From an uncultured Verrucomicrobiota bacterium (GTDB taxonomy: Bacteria; Verrucomicrobiota; Verrucomicrobiia; Limisphaerales; UBA1319): a stretch of DNA of 64,000 nt. The position numbers and the translations under genes are program-made. The notes beneath the pieces are model-generated. The model searched no databases and was not told the origin of the DNA. It saw only the letters and a list, made by a program, of their open reading frames with translations. Of this stretch, positions 9,875 to 19,407 are shown piece after piece (the stretch's first letter is position 1; the number at the start of each line of letters is the position of its first letter). The stretch lies in contig CAYPCQ010000010.1 in NCBI GenBank assembly GCA_964409245.1, forward strand, positions 29,771 to 93,770, written 5' to 3'.

Positions 9875-10423
9875 TCAGGTAAATCTCGTGATGCTTGCAG
9901 CGGCCTTGAACCCGCCGCTGCTGATAAACTGATGGAGCTTTTCGATCGTGGCGTGCTCTTCAGAAAACGGGCCGATATGCAGGATCTGTGCGCTGCGGCC
10001 CTCGGCCAGCGATTCAAACCGAATGATGGGAAGCGCGGGCAACGCTTTCTTGCGATCCACTTCGGCGGCGGCCTGCCCGATCATCCCGCGGGTGACGAAA
10101 TCCGGCTGCATGATCATCATCGTCCATTTCCAGCGGGACTTGTCTCCGCTGGTGAACGAGGCCAGGTCATCGGCCCACCACAATCCTTCCAGCGGCAGCA
10201 CGCCGTAGTCCCGGCCCGGCGGGCTTTTCTTGACCATGAACTTCAGCGCGTAAGAGAGGGCAAACAAGGCTTCGACCGCGGCCTTGTATGATGGCGCGGT
10301 ATTCGGATCGCCTTCGCCATCAACCATAAGGTAGTTCATGGCGGGCACCTCCACTGCCACGGGGGTCTTGGCCGGCGGCTGATACAGGTGCTTCAGTTCC
10401 TTTTTGAAATCAATTTTATCCAT
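9875..10423 (-). CDS. GyrI-like small-molecule-binding domain protein; 3' end disrupted by an apparent 1-nt frameshift (conserved C-terminus continues in another frame to 9813)
   Basis: From the internal Met (MDKIDFKKELKHLYQPPAK...MNYLMVDGEGDPN...LEGLWW...QILHIGPFSEE) the sequence matches the GyrI-like fold family. The family-typical tail GRCKHHEIYLSDIRKADPSQWKTVLRQPMR* is readable in a shifted frame at 9813-9905. The ORF-track start at 10603 looks like a spurious extension. Confidence 0.75.
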   Translation of the reverse strand: MDKIDFKKELKHLYQPPAKTPVAVEVPAMNYLMVDGEGDPNTAPSYKAAVEALFALSYALKFMVKKSPPGRDYGVLPLEGLWWADDLASFTSGDKSRWKWTMMIMQPDFVTRGMIGQAAAEVDRKKALPALPIIRFESLAEGRSAQILHIGPFSEEHATIEKLHQFISSGGFKAAASITRFT

Positions 10424-10565
10424 GGATTCGGGAGTCAAGGGGTTGACTGGCTTTTTACACATCACCGGTGGGGCGGACACTTCCGCCGCCCGGTCAGCGC
10501 CATCCGCTGCGGCGCGCAACCGCAGCGGGCGCTTCAAACCGGGCCCGGGAAACCGTGCGCGCATT

Positions 10566-12287
10566 TTATTTGAAAAGTTGAAATTCCCAGATGGTGGGGC
10601 CATCGGCCGCTTCCGTGATGTTCAGGCGCACGCGCTGGGCGGTGACCGGCTTGAACCGGGCCGTGAGGGTGGGCCCCAGGTTGGCGCCCTGGTGGCAGGC
10701 CTTCCATTCGCCATCCTGCAGGTATTCAATGGCGAACTTGCGGACCCGCTTCAGCTCCGGAAAAGCCTGCCGGATCACCGCGCGGCTGAAGGTCTTCGGC
10801 TCGCCCAGATCCAATTCCAGCCAGGCGGATTTCACCCCCGCATCGGTCGCCCAGCGGGTGTCGTCATTATTGTCCACGGCCTTGCCGGGGCCGAATTCAG
10901 CCTGTTGGTGATAGACATTGGAGGCGGTCGCCCTGGCTTTGGATGAAAGAGCTTCCGGGGAGGGGACAACCACCGCCTTAAGCCCCAGGGCCGGCTGATC
11001 CAGATCGAGGGCCACAATAGTATCCAGCGGGTTGCGGTCTTTTTCCGGGACAGAGACTTCCAGGCCAGCCTCGGTCTGCCGGATGGCTGCCTGGCCGCCG
11101 GTGAAGACGCGGCTGCCGACGACTTTGGCGGCGATGGGCGGCAATTTGACCGGATCGGCCGTCCAATCCATGAGGTGCAGGTAAATGGTGCTGCCTTTGC
11201 GGGTGGAGGCGCCATAGCTGCCCGGCTTGAACGGGCCGCCGCGGGTGCCCCGGATGCTGCCGCCGAATTTGTCCAGCCAGGCGCCCATTTCCAGGAGCCG
11301 GCTCACCTGCGCCTGGTCGATCTCCCCCGTGGGTGTGGGACCCACGTTCAGCAGCACGTTGCCATCGCCGCCGGCGCAGCGGATCAGCATGCTCATGCAG
11401 GCCGCGAAGGATTTCACGCCGTCCTTCTCCCCGCCCCAGGCCCACTGGTTCCGGCTCGAAAGCGTCATGCACGATTCCCATGGCTGCTGGTCGTTGTAGC
11501 CGCCCACAAACTGCTCGGGCGTGTAGTAATCCGCGTGGGGGGAGAGGATCTGGCGGTCGCTGTTGCCCGCCCCCAGGTCCAGGCGGTTGTTGATCACGAT
11601 TTCCGGCTGGAGGGATTTGACGATCTGGTAGGTTCTGGCCTGGTCGTAGAGCGGTTCGCGCCCGTCCCAGTCGAACCACAGCAGGTCGATCCGGCCATAG
11701 CTGCTCAGCAGCTCGCGCACTTCCGTTTGCATCCGGCCCAGGAAGGCGCCGTTGCGTTCCGTGCGGAAATCCGGATCCCGCCAGTCCATCGGCGAAAAAT
11801 ACCATCCCAGGCGCACGTTTTGCTCGTGGGCGGCCTTGGCCAGTTCGGCGCAGATATCCCGCTTGAACGGGGTGCGGGACATGTTGTGGTCGCTGGCCTG
11901 GGAATGCCAGAGCAGGAAGCCATCGCAATGCTTGGCGGTGAGCACCATGTGTTTGATGCCGGCGGCCTTGGCGGTGCCCACCCATTGGCCGGCGTCAAAC
12001 CGGGTTGGGTTGAAATCCCGGTAGAGGTTGTCGTAAACCTCCGCCGGGATCTCCCCCTGGTTGGGGCACTTGGGATTGGTGTTGGCGCGGGACCAGCTGA
12101 TTTCCGTGCCTTTCAAGCTGACCGGCCCCCAGTGGATAAACATGCCGAACCGGCCTTCGGCCCACCAGCGGAGCCGCTCCGGATAAGGGCGCGGGGTGTC
12201 CCCGGCGGGGGTGGGTTTGGGTTCGGCAGCGGCGAGCGTCAGGCCCGCCGCCAAGAGCGCCGCAAGGGCACAGAGAGGGTGTTTCAT
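10566..12287 (-). CDS. Alpha-L-fucosidase (GH29) with C-terminal F5/8 type C (discoidin) domain
   Basis: Signal peptide MKHPLCALAALLAAGLTLAAA. GH29 motif RFGMFIHWGPVS...KHMVLTAKHCDGFLLW. C-terminal ...GKAVDNNDDTRWATD...RVRLNI... discoidin pattern. Start chosen at the Met at 12287. Confidence 0.9.
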   Translation of the reverse strand: MKHPLCALAALLAAGLTLAAAEPKPTPAGDTPRPYPERLRWWAEGRFGMFIHWGPVSLKGTEISWSRANTNPKCPNQGEIPAEVYDNLYRDFNPTRFDAGQWVGTAKAAGIKHMVLTAKHCDGFLLWHSQASDHNMSRTPFKRDICAELAKAAHEQNVRLGWYFSPMDWRDPDFRTERNGAFLGRMQTEVRELLSSYGRIDLLWFDWDGREPLYDQARTYQIVKSLQPEIVINNRLDLGAGNSDRQILSPHADYYTPEQFVGGYNDQQPWESCMTLSSRNQWAWGGEKDGVKSFAACMSMLIRCAGGDGNVLLNVGPTPTGEIDQAQVSRLLEMGAWLDKFGGSIRGTRGGPFKPGSYGASTRKGSTIYLHLMDWTADPVKLPPIAAKVVGSRVFTGGQAAIRQTEAGLEVSVPEKDRNPLDTIVALDLDQPALGLKAVVVPSPEALSSKARATASNVYHQQAEFGPGKAVDNNDDTRWATDAGVKSAWLELDLGEPKTFSRAVIRQAFPELKRVRKFAIEYLQDGEWKACHQGANLGPTLTARFKPVTAQRVRLNITEAADGPTIWEFQLFK

Positions 12288-12345
12288 AAGGCTTGGATTT
12301 GGTTTTTTTGGAGGTTGGGTTTTATCCGGGCCGCCCGGGGGCTGC

Positions 12346-14313
12346 TCAGGGTTTGTTTTTGCCCATGGCATTCGTGATTTTGACGGCTTGGGCGCGGATT
12401 TCCGGGCTTTTCGCGGTGGCGGCTATTTTCTCCAGCGCGGCCTGGAGCAGGGCGGCCGCCTCCGCTTGCCTGGCCAGCGCGGGAGCCACCTGGAGGATGG
12501 CCACGGCCGCCTCGGCCGCCAGTTCCGGCTGCTCGAGGGAGGGGGTGAGCAGGCGCAGGCTGTCGGGGTGTTTTAAATGGCCCAGGCCGGAGATGATCGC
12601 CCGGCTTTCGGCCACCGTCTGGCCGGCCTTGCTGGCCCGCTGAAACCAGCCGGCAACGGTCCCGCCCGGGCGCTGGCCGTCTTCGGCCGCGGCGGTGGCG
12701 AGCTGGATGGCGGAGCGCAGCGCGCGCTGGCGCAAGCCAGCCTGGGCGCCGGTTTCTGCCAGGTTCAGCAGCGCTTCGATGGGCGCCGGGTCCGGCCAGC
12801 GGCCCAATTGTTCCGCGGCGGTGGCCGCCACGCTTTCGTCGGCGCCGCCCAGGGCGGCCTGGATGGCCGGCAGCGCGTTGGTGTGGCCCAGCGACACCAG
12901 GATCCGGATCCAGGAGTTCTTTTCCGCCGGGGCGGCAGCCTGCTGGAATTCCGCCAGCACAGCTTCGCCGCCAGGCCCAGGCTGGCCGGACCGGCCGATG
13001 GCGCCCACCACGGCATTTTCCGCAGCGTCCCGCAGATCCTCGCTGCGGCTGGCCCTGGCCAGCGCCAGGAGCGCCGGCAGGTCGCCCGGCCGGGCGAGGG
13101 ATTTCAGCGCGCGCAAGGCGGCCGCGGCGGCCGGGGCATCCCCTCCGGCGGCCAGCTGGAGGAGCACCCCGGTGCCGGCGGCTATCCCGCGCCCCTCCAC
13201 GAGCCGGATCAACCGGAGGCGCGCCCCGGGGTTGGCCGCGGCGGCCAGCGCTTTGACAATCGCCGCCTCCACCTCCCCGCCCGGCATCCGCTCCAGCCCG
13301 GCCAGGGCGAGGGAGGATTCCTGGGCGCTCCGTTCTTCGGCCAACACCTGGAGCAAAGCACCCGCCTGGGCCGCCCCGCCGATCTTCCCCAGCACCGCCA
13401 GGGCGAGCCGGCGGATTTCCGGGTCCGGATCGGACAGCAAGAGTTCCAGCACGGCGAACGATTGCGGGTTGTGGCAATCCTCCAGAGCCTTCACCAGCTG
13501 CGGGCGCAGCTCCGGCCCGGCCTGGGCGATCTCCCCAGGCAGGGCATTGGCCAGGGCTTCGCCGGGCACTTCACGGATGGTGGTGAGCGCCGCGTGGCGG
13601 AGCACGCGGTCCGCCGAATGCAGCTGCTCGAGGAGCAGCGGCACCCCGCCGGCCGGGCGCGCCAGGATCGCCCCGCGCACTGCGCCCGCGCGGAAGCTGG
13701 CGGGCACCGGGGCGTTCCGCACCGCGTCATAGAGCGCCGCCGCGGTTTCGGACTGGCCGTCCGCCAGCAGTTTTTCCGCCGCCAGGAGACAGGCCGCCGC
13801 GGCATCCGGCCGGCGGGCTTCCGGCGCCTCCGCCAGGGCCTGCTGAAGCACCTGGACGGCCTGGGGAGTGGCGATGCGCCCCAGGGCCAGCCAGGCTTCC
13901 TTGACCACGCCCGAGCCGGCCTCCGCCGCCAGCCGGATCAAAGCGTCCGCGGCGGCCCGGTCCCGCAAGACACCCAGCGAGTTGATCACCCCGGCCAGCT
14001 GCGCGCCCCGCACCCGCCCGAGGGCCTCCCGCAGGGCCGCGGCGGCGGCGGGATCCGCAATGCCTTCCAGACCGCTGCGCGCGTAGGCGGCGAGGCGGTC
14101 ATCCGCCAGCAATTTGGCCAGGGCGGGAACCGCTTCGGGCGTGCCGATTTCGCCCAGCTGCTGGCAGGCGCGGGCCTGGTCATAGAAAGGGGCGTTGGAT
14201 TGCAGCACCGCAAGGCATTGGCGGGTTTTTTCCGGATGGCCGGCGGCCGCCTGGACGGGGGAGGCCGCGAGGCTGAGGGCCAGCGCGGCCGGGAGGACAA
14301 ATCGTTTGAACAT
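12346..14313 (-). CDS. Secreted HEAT-repeat (PBS-lyase HEAT-like) protein
   Basis: Signal peptide MFKRFVLPAALALSLAASPVQA. Many repeats of the type G..EAVPALAKLLADD....R..AA.ALG.I. Start at the Met at 14313. Confidence 0.8.
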   Translation of the reverse strand: MFKRFVLPAALALSLAASPVQAAAGHPEKTRQCLAVLQSNAPFYDQARACQQLGEIGTPEAVPALAKLLADDRLAAYARSGLEGIADPAAAAALREALGRVRGAQLAGVINSLGVLRDRAAADALIRLAAEAGSGVVKEAWLALGRIATPQAVQVLQQALAEAPEARRPDAAAACLLAAEKLLADGQSETAAALYDAVRNAPVPASFRAGAVRGAILARPAGGVPLLLEQLHSADRVLRHAALTTIREVPGEALANALPGEIAQAGPELRPQLVKALEDCHNPQSFAVLELLLSDPDPEIRRLALAVLGKIGGAAQAGALLQVLAEERSAQESSLALAGLERMPGGEVEAAIVKALAAAANPGARLRLIRLVEGRGIAAGTGVLLQLAAGGDAPAAAAALRALKSLARPGDLPALLALARASRSEDLRDAAENAVVGAIGRSGQPGPGGEAVLAEFQQAAAPAEKNSWIRILVSLGHTNALPAIQAALGGADESVAATAAEQLGRWPDPAPIEALLNLAETGAQAGLRQRALRSAIQLATAAAEDGQRPGGTVAGWFQRASKAGQTVAESRAIISGLGHLKHPDSLRLLTPSLEQPELAAEAAVAILQVAPALARQAEAAALLQAALEKIAATAKSPEIRAQAVKITNAMGKNKP

Positions 14314-14354
14314 AAATGGCAAATTCTCCTGGGGTTGCACGGTTGATGAGGGGC

Positions 14355-15677
14355 CTAAATGTGGAAGCTCCAGGGCTCGCGGGTGGCCCGGCGGCGCATG
14401 CGGTTGGCCTCGTCGTCCCCCACAAACTCCTCCTTCACAGGATCGAGCACCAGCTTCCGCCCCAGCTGCCAGGCGAGCTGGGCGGCGAAGCAGGCGAGGT
14501 GCGACCGCCGCATGATGTCCTGGTTGCAGACCGGCTTGGACCGCGATTTGACGCAGTCGAAAAAATTCCGCCCATGCCCGGCGGAGCTGAGCCCCGTGCC
14601 GGTGAACTGCCGCTGGCGCGATTTGGCCAGGCCCGGCGAAAGCACAATCTCGCTGTTGTCGCCGGTCTCCACCCAGCCTTCATCGCCCTCGTAGCGGACC
14701 GGGCAGGTGCCGGTGGAGGTGTGGTATTGGGGATCGCGGTTCCCGAAGGCGGTGGGCAGGAAATCGCAGACCAGCTTCACCCCGTTGGCGTAGCGGGCGA
14801 TCACCGAGGTGGGGGTGGCCTCATACTCGATCGGCGCGGTGTGGTCGGCCTGGTTGGCCCACTGGCACAAATCCACCGTGTGGGCGCCCCAGTCCAGGAA
14901 GTTGCCGCCCGCCTCGAAATCGTGGTGGCCGCGCCAGCCGCCGGACACATAATTCTTGTTGTAAGGCCGCCAGGGCGCCGGCCCCAGCCAGGCGTCCCAA
15001 TCGCATTCCTCCCGGGGCGGCTCCGGCTCGGCCGGGAGCCAGGTGTAGCTTTTTTGGGGGACGTAAACGGAGGCGTGGAGGGTGTGCAGCCGCCCCAGCC
15101 TGCCGCTCTGGGCCAGGTGGGCGGCGTATTGGAAATTGCTGACGCTGCGCCGCTGGGTTCCCGCCTGGAAGACGCGCCCATACCGGTGGATGCCATCGGC
15201 CAGGGCCTGGATTTCGCCCACCGTCATCCCGCACGGTTTTTCGCTGTAAACATCCTTGCCAGCCTTGGCCGCCAGGAGCGAGGCCAGCGCGTGCCAGTGA
15301 TCCCCGGTGGCGATCAGCACCGCGTCGATATCCGGCCGCGCGAGCAGCTCGAACAGGGACCGGTAGCAGACGCAATCCCGGTTCCCATAATGGGTGTCCA
15401 CCATCTGTTTGACGCGCTCGCGCCGGCTGCGCTGCACGTCGCAGATGGCGGCGAACCGCACATCCTTTTCCGGGAGCATGACGCTGAGGTCATACTGGCC
15501 GCGCGGGCCGAGGCCGATGCCGCCCAGCACGATCCGTTCGCTGGGGGCCACCGCGCCATCCCTGCCCAGCGCCGTGGCCGGGATCAGGCTGGGCACGGCC
15601 ACGGCGCCGCCCAAGGCCAGGGCTTGGCCGAGGAATTCACGCCGGGTCACGTTCCGATGGTGGAGGTTTATTTTCAT
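14355..15677 (-). CDS. Gfo/Idh/MocA-family oxidoreductase with twin-arginine (TAT) signal
   Basis: N-terminus MKINLHHRNVTRREFLGQALALGGAVAVP (TAT motif), then a Rossmann region IVLGGIGLGPRG...AICDV and the family-typical C-terminal half. Start at the Met at 15677. Confidence 0.9.
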   Translation of the reverse strand: MKINLHHRNVTRREFLGQALALGGAVAVPSLIPATALGRDGAVAPSERIVLGGIGLGPRGQYDLSVMLPEKDVRFAAICDVQRSRRERVKQMVDTHYGNRDCVCYRSLFELLARPDIDAVLIATGDHWHALASLLAAKAGKDVYSEKPCGMTVGEIQALADGIHRYGRVFQAGTQRRSVSNFQYAAHLAQSGRLGRLHTLHASVYVPQKSYTWLPAEPEPPREECDWDAWLGPAPWRPYNKNYVSGGWRGHHDFEAGGNFLDWGAHTVDLCQWANQADHTAPIEYEATPTSVIARYANGVKLVCDFLPTAFGNRDPQYHTSTGTCPVRYEGDEGWVETGDNSEIVLSPGLAKSRQRQFTGTGLSSAGHGRNFFDCVKSRSKPVCNQDIMRRSHLACFAAQLAWQLGRKLVLDPVKEEFVGDDEANRMRRRATREPWSFHI

Positions 15678-15896
15678 GTGCAAATATCCTGGTGGGGGTT
15701 CATGGCCAGGGCACAGCCCGCCGGCTGCCCCGGCGGGGGGATTTGCCTCGTCCGGCCGGGCCGGCATTGTGCAATTGCTGGCGCCATGTTGGTTTTGGTT
15801 TCTATGGATCCAAAATAGCCCCGACGCGGCCCCCGGCTCAAGGTATTTCCTGAACGGCTGGCGCCACCGCGGGGAGCCGCCGGCGGCCGGAACGCA

Positions 15897-16796
15897 TTAG
15901 CTGGCGTAAAAGAGGCGGCCCAGCCAGCGGTTGCACACCCACAACCCGATCCCCGCCAGGCAGATCACCATCGCCCAGCTGGAGCCGCGCGCGCCGAGGC
16001 AAACCTGCCCGATTTGGATGAAGATCAACGCCCTGATCCAATACCCGATGACCTGGGGCAGGGGGAGGCTTCGGCCGGTGGCCTGCTGCCCCGCCCGGAG
16101 CGCCAGCGCCCAGGCCGGAACCAGGGCCAGGGCATACGGCGGCCATCCCTGGCACCCCGCCAGGCCGGCGGCTCCCACTGCCAGCGCCCCGGCTGGCGCC
16201 CAGCGCCAGGCCCCCGGAGGCTCCTGCGACATTTCGTTGCGGGCCACCCGCGTGACGGCCGCGATATAAAAACCGGTCAGGCCCGCGCCCAGCCCGGCCA
16301 GGGCCAGCCCCGCAGGGGAGGGCGCCGCCAGGGCTCCCAGGAGGACGCTCAACCCCCGGCAGCCGCCCATGGCCAGCGGCCCGGCCACGGCTGAGGCCTT
16401 GAGCTTGAAATCATAGGCCGCCACCAAAACGGCCAGGGCCAGGGCCACCCAGCCGCTGGCGGAAGAGGCCAGGCAGGCCAGCGCCCCGCCCCCCAGGGCC
16501 AGCAGCACCGCCGCGGCCCAAACCGGCCCGGGCGCCACCAGCCCGGCGGGCAGCGGCCGCGCGGGCCGCTCGGCGCGGTCGGCCGGCAGATCGGCCAGAT
16601 CGTTGAGCAATAAACCAGCCGCGTAGAGCAGGACCGCCGCGCTGGCCGCCAGCCAGCAGGCCCGCCCCGGGAGGCCCACCCCCGCCGCCAGGCAATACCC
16701 GGCCACCGGATCGCCCGGCACTGTGAGCAGGTTCGGCAGGCGCACCAATTGCAGCCAGGCGAAGGCCTTGGATCGGGTGGCCGCCATCGGGTGCAC
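15897..16796 (-). CDS. UbiA-family prenyltransferase (EboC-like candidate)
   Basis: Polytopic hydrophobic protein with N-terminal LVRLPNLLTVPGDPVAGY and the Asp-rich motif NDLADLPADR (NDxxDxxxD). It sits 21 nt downstream of a TatD-like gene. Confidence 0.85.
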   Translation of the reverse strand: MHPMAATRSKAFAWLQLVRLPNLLTVPGDPVAGYCLAAGVGLPGRACWLAASAAVLLYAAGLLLNDLADLPADRAERPARPLPAGLVAPGPVWAAAVLLALGGGALACLASSASGWVALALAVLVAAYDFKLKASAVAGPLAMGGCRGLSVLLGALAAPSPAGLALAGLGAGLTGFYIAAVTRVARNEMSQEPPGAWRWAPAGALAVGAAGLAGCQGWPPYALALVPAWALALRAGQQATGRSLPLPQVIGYWIRALIFIQIGQVCLGARGSSWAMVICLAGIGLWVCNRWLGRLFYAS

Positions 16797-16817
16797 GATT
16801 TTCCCAGCAGCCGGGAA

Positions 16818-17666
16818 TTACCGCTGGTAGGTGCTGGGATGCACGAACGGCAGATCGAACTTGGGGTTGAACTTGCCGCTCTGTTTGTAGAACCGGAGCG
16901 GGTTTTCGCAAAGCAGCGTCTCGAGCTGCTTCTCGCTGAACCCGTTGTGCTTCAGATGCGTCGCCACCTTGGCCAGGCTGGTGGGATCGGATGAGCCCCA
17001 GTCGGCGGAGCTGTTCACCCAGGTCCGTTCAATGCCCCATTTCTTGACGATTTCGAACACCCGCTCCGGATTCAGCTTGGAGTAAGGATATACCGTGAGC
17101 CCGGCCCAGATGTCCGCCTTCCGCACCAGGTCCATGGTGTTCTCCGTGTTGTGATCCACCATGATGCGGTCGAAATCATAGTTCAGCTCCCGCAGGATGT
17201 CCAAGGTGCGCTCCACGCCATGCCGCTTGCTCACGTGGGGCGTGTCGTGCGGGGTATGGATGAGCACCAGCAGATTGCGCTTTTTCGCCAGCTCCAGCTG
17301 GCGCAGGAACACGTGTTCCTCGTTCGGCGTCACCAGGTTGAACCCGATCTCGCCGATGGCCAGGCAGCGCTCGTGCTCCAGGTAGGGCTGGATGCCTCCC
17401 AGCACCTCCTCCGCCAGGGCCAGGTTTTCCGCCTCCTTGGGATTCACCGAGACGCAGGCGTAATGGTCGATGCCAAAGCGCCGCGCCCGCTGCGGCTCGA
17501 AGTCGAGGATCAGCTGGAAATAATCCCAAAAAGTCCCCGCGTACCGGCGGGTGGAGCCCAGCCAGAAGGACGGTTCCACCGCCACCCGGATGCCACACTC
17601 GTACATGGCCTGCAGGTCATCCGTGGTGCGGGAATACATGTGTATATGAGGTTCAATGATAATCAT
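16818..17666 (-). CDS. TatD-family metal-dependent hydrolase (EboB-like candidate)
   Basis: MIIIEPHIHMYSRTTDD...AIGEIGF...LVLIHTPH...VDHNTE...NSSADWG is the TIM-barrel metal-ligand pattern of the TatD/amidohydrolase superfamily. Confidence 0.8.
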   Translation of the reverse strand: MIIIEPHIHMYSRTTDDLQAMYECGIRVAVEPSFWLGSTRRYAGTFWDYFQLILDFEPQRARRFGIDHYACVSVNPKEAENLALAEEVLGGIQPYLEHERCLAIGEIGFNLVTPNEEHVFLRQLELAKKRNLLVLIHTPHDTPHVSKRHGVERTLDILRELNYDFDRIMVDHNTENTMDLVRKADIWAGLTVYPYSKLNPERVFEIVKKWGIERTWVNSSADWGSSDPTSLAKVATHLKHNGFSEKQLETLLCENPLRFYKQSGKFNPKFDLPFVHPSTYQR

Positions 17667-17878
17667 GGGCTTGAAGGATGGAAGTTATCGGCTGGGCCAG
17701 GCCTGGGTTGCGGGGGGAATCTGCGGCCTCCGGGTGGCTTTCCCCGCCCGGTCTCCCACAACGCTTGCCTGATATGAGTCCACTCCCAAAGTATCGCCCG
17801 GGCACTGGAAAAGGTAAAATAAAAAAGTCCTGCGTTTCCAGTTGGACGGCGGCCCGGCGCGCTGGTAATACTGCGGAC

Positions 17879-18721
17879 ATGAAACTGGCTCTTGGCTGCG
17901 CTCTGGCATTGTTCTGCTCGGTCCACGCCCACGCGGGGGACTGGAAACTCGTCTGGTCTGATGAATTCGATAAACCGGGCCTCCCCGACCCGGCCAAATG
18001 GGATTACGAATCCGGGTTCATCCGGAACAACGAGGCGCAGTTTTACACCCGCGCCCGCACCGAAAATGCCCGGGTCGAAAACGGCTGCCTGGTCATCGAG
18101 GCGCGGAAGGAGAAATGGAAGAATCCCGCTTTCGATCCGGCCGCCAAAGGCGGCGGCCGACCCGGACGCAGCCGTGAATTCGCCGACTACACCTCCGCCA
18201 GCCTGACCACGCGCGGCAAAGCGGCCTGGACTTTCGGGCGCGTGGAAGTCCGCGCCAAGCTGCCTGCCGGGCGGGGCACCTGGCCCGCCATCTGGATGCT
18301 CGGCGCCAACCGGCAGCTGGGCTGGCCCGCCTGCGGTGAGATCGACATCATGGAATTTGTGGGCTATGAGCCGGGCGTGATCCACGCCAATCTCCACACC
18401 AAGAAATACAATCACGTGCTGAAGACCGGCCGGGGCGCCAAAACCAATATCCCTGACGCCTCGGAGACGTTCCATATCTATGCCATCGAATGGTTCCCGG
18501 ACCGCATCGATTGCTTCGTGGACAGCCAGAAGTATTTCACCTGCCGGAATGATGGCGCCGGCCCGGATGCCTGGCCCTTCGACCAGGATCAATACCTGAT
18601 CCTGAACCTCGCGATCGGCGGCGCCTGGGGCGGCCAGAAGGGGATTGATGACAACATTTTCCCGCAGCGCTACTGCATCGATTACGTGCGGATCTACCAA
18701 AAGGACGCGGCGGGCAAGTGA
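17879..18721 (+). CDS. Glycoside hydrolase family 16 (beta-glucanase/laminarinase-like), secreted
   Basis: Signal peptide MKLALGCALALFCSVHAHA, then WSDEFD and the catalytic motif GEIDIMEFVG (ExDxxE). Start at the Met at 17879. Confidence 0.9.
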   Translation: MKLALGCALALFCSVHAHAGDWKLVWSDEFDKPGLPDPAKWDYESGFIRNNEAQFYTRARTENARVENGCLVIEARKEKWKNPAFDPAAKGGGRPGRSREFADYTSASLTTRGKAAWTFGRVEVRAKLPAGRGTWPAIWMLGANRQLGWPACGEIDIMEFVGYEPGVIHANLHTKKYNHVLKTGRGAKTNIPDASETFHIYAIEWFPDRIDCFVDSQKYFTCRNDGAGPDAWPFDQDQYLILNLAIGGAWGGQKGIDDNIFPQRYCIDYVRIYQKDAAGK

Positions 18722-18768
18722 ATGGGCCGGAGTCGGGCGGCCGCCCCTGAACCAGCGCCGCCCACCGC

Positions 18769-19359
18769 TTAACGCGCGCCGCGCGGCAGCAGCGCCCGGA
18801 CCATCTCCTCCGCATGCTTGACATTGCGGATGGCCAGGAAGCCCACGTTCGTGGTGTGCCGGTCCCCGTCGCTGTCGCGCCGCAGATCCTGGGCAAAGAT
18901 GAGATCCCCCGAGCCATCGGCATGTTGTTTGCGCTGCAAATCCCCCAGCCGCGTGGGGTCGAAGGAGCGCACCGTGGTGCTGCCGCGCCAGCCCGCCGAA
19001 AAAACCACCGCGCGCCGGTCAGTCAGCACGTAAGCGGTTCGCCGCGCCTGGCGGTGCACCCAATACGGGCTCGACAGCATCCCCAAGCCGATGAGGATGA
19101 AAGGCAGGCCGAACAGGGGGAATAAATGGAACATCCATGGGCCGCTGCCCGCCTTTGAAGTACCCCAGGCCGCCCCCGCAGTCCAGAACAGGGCAAAGGC
19201 CGTCCACGGAATGCCAAAAAGCAGGATCGGCCAGGTGGAACGCGCCAGCCGCGCGGGGATTGGCTGGTCCAGCCAGTCAATCCGTTCGCCCGGCTGCATT
19301 TCTGATTCCACCAGCGCGCGCAGCTCGCAGGGAAGTTTGGCGGTGTCAATGAAGCTCAT
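18769..19359 (-). CDS. Membrane protein with two TM helices and a bacterial PH-like (YdbS/T-like) C-terminal domain
   Basis: Hydrophobic segments WPILLFGIPWTAFALFWTAGAAW and MFHLFPLFGLPFILIGLGML, followed by RRTAYVLTDRRAVVF...GDLIF...VGFLAIRNV, resembling bPH domains. Confidence 0.55.
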   Translation of the reverse strand: MSFIDTAKLPCELRALVESEMQPGERIDWLDQPIPARLARSTWPILLFGIPWTAFALFWTAGAAWGTSKAGSGPWMFHLFPLFGLPFILIGLGMLSSPYWVHRQARRTAYVLTDRRAVVFSAGWRGSTTVRSFDPTRLGDLQRKQHADGSGDLIFAQDLRRDSDGDRHTTNVGFLAIRNVKHAEEMVRALLPRGAR

Positions 19360-19407
19360 GGCAAGGAATCCAAGGTTGAATGCCCGTGGGTGAGAAGCAA
19401 AACGCCG

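Noticed and set aside
12577-14346. 589-aa plus-strand ORF and several 100-400-aa ORFs overlapping the HEAT-repeat gene; also 4183-5937 (minus strand) inside the giant gene
   Set aside because: These are antisense or off-frame artefacts. The called frames show repeat or domain structure and signal peptides; the alternatives do not.
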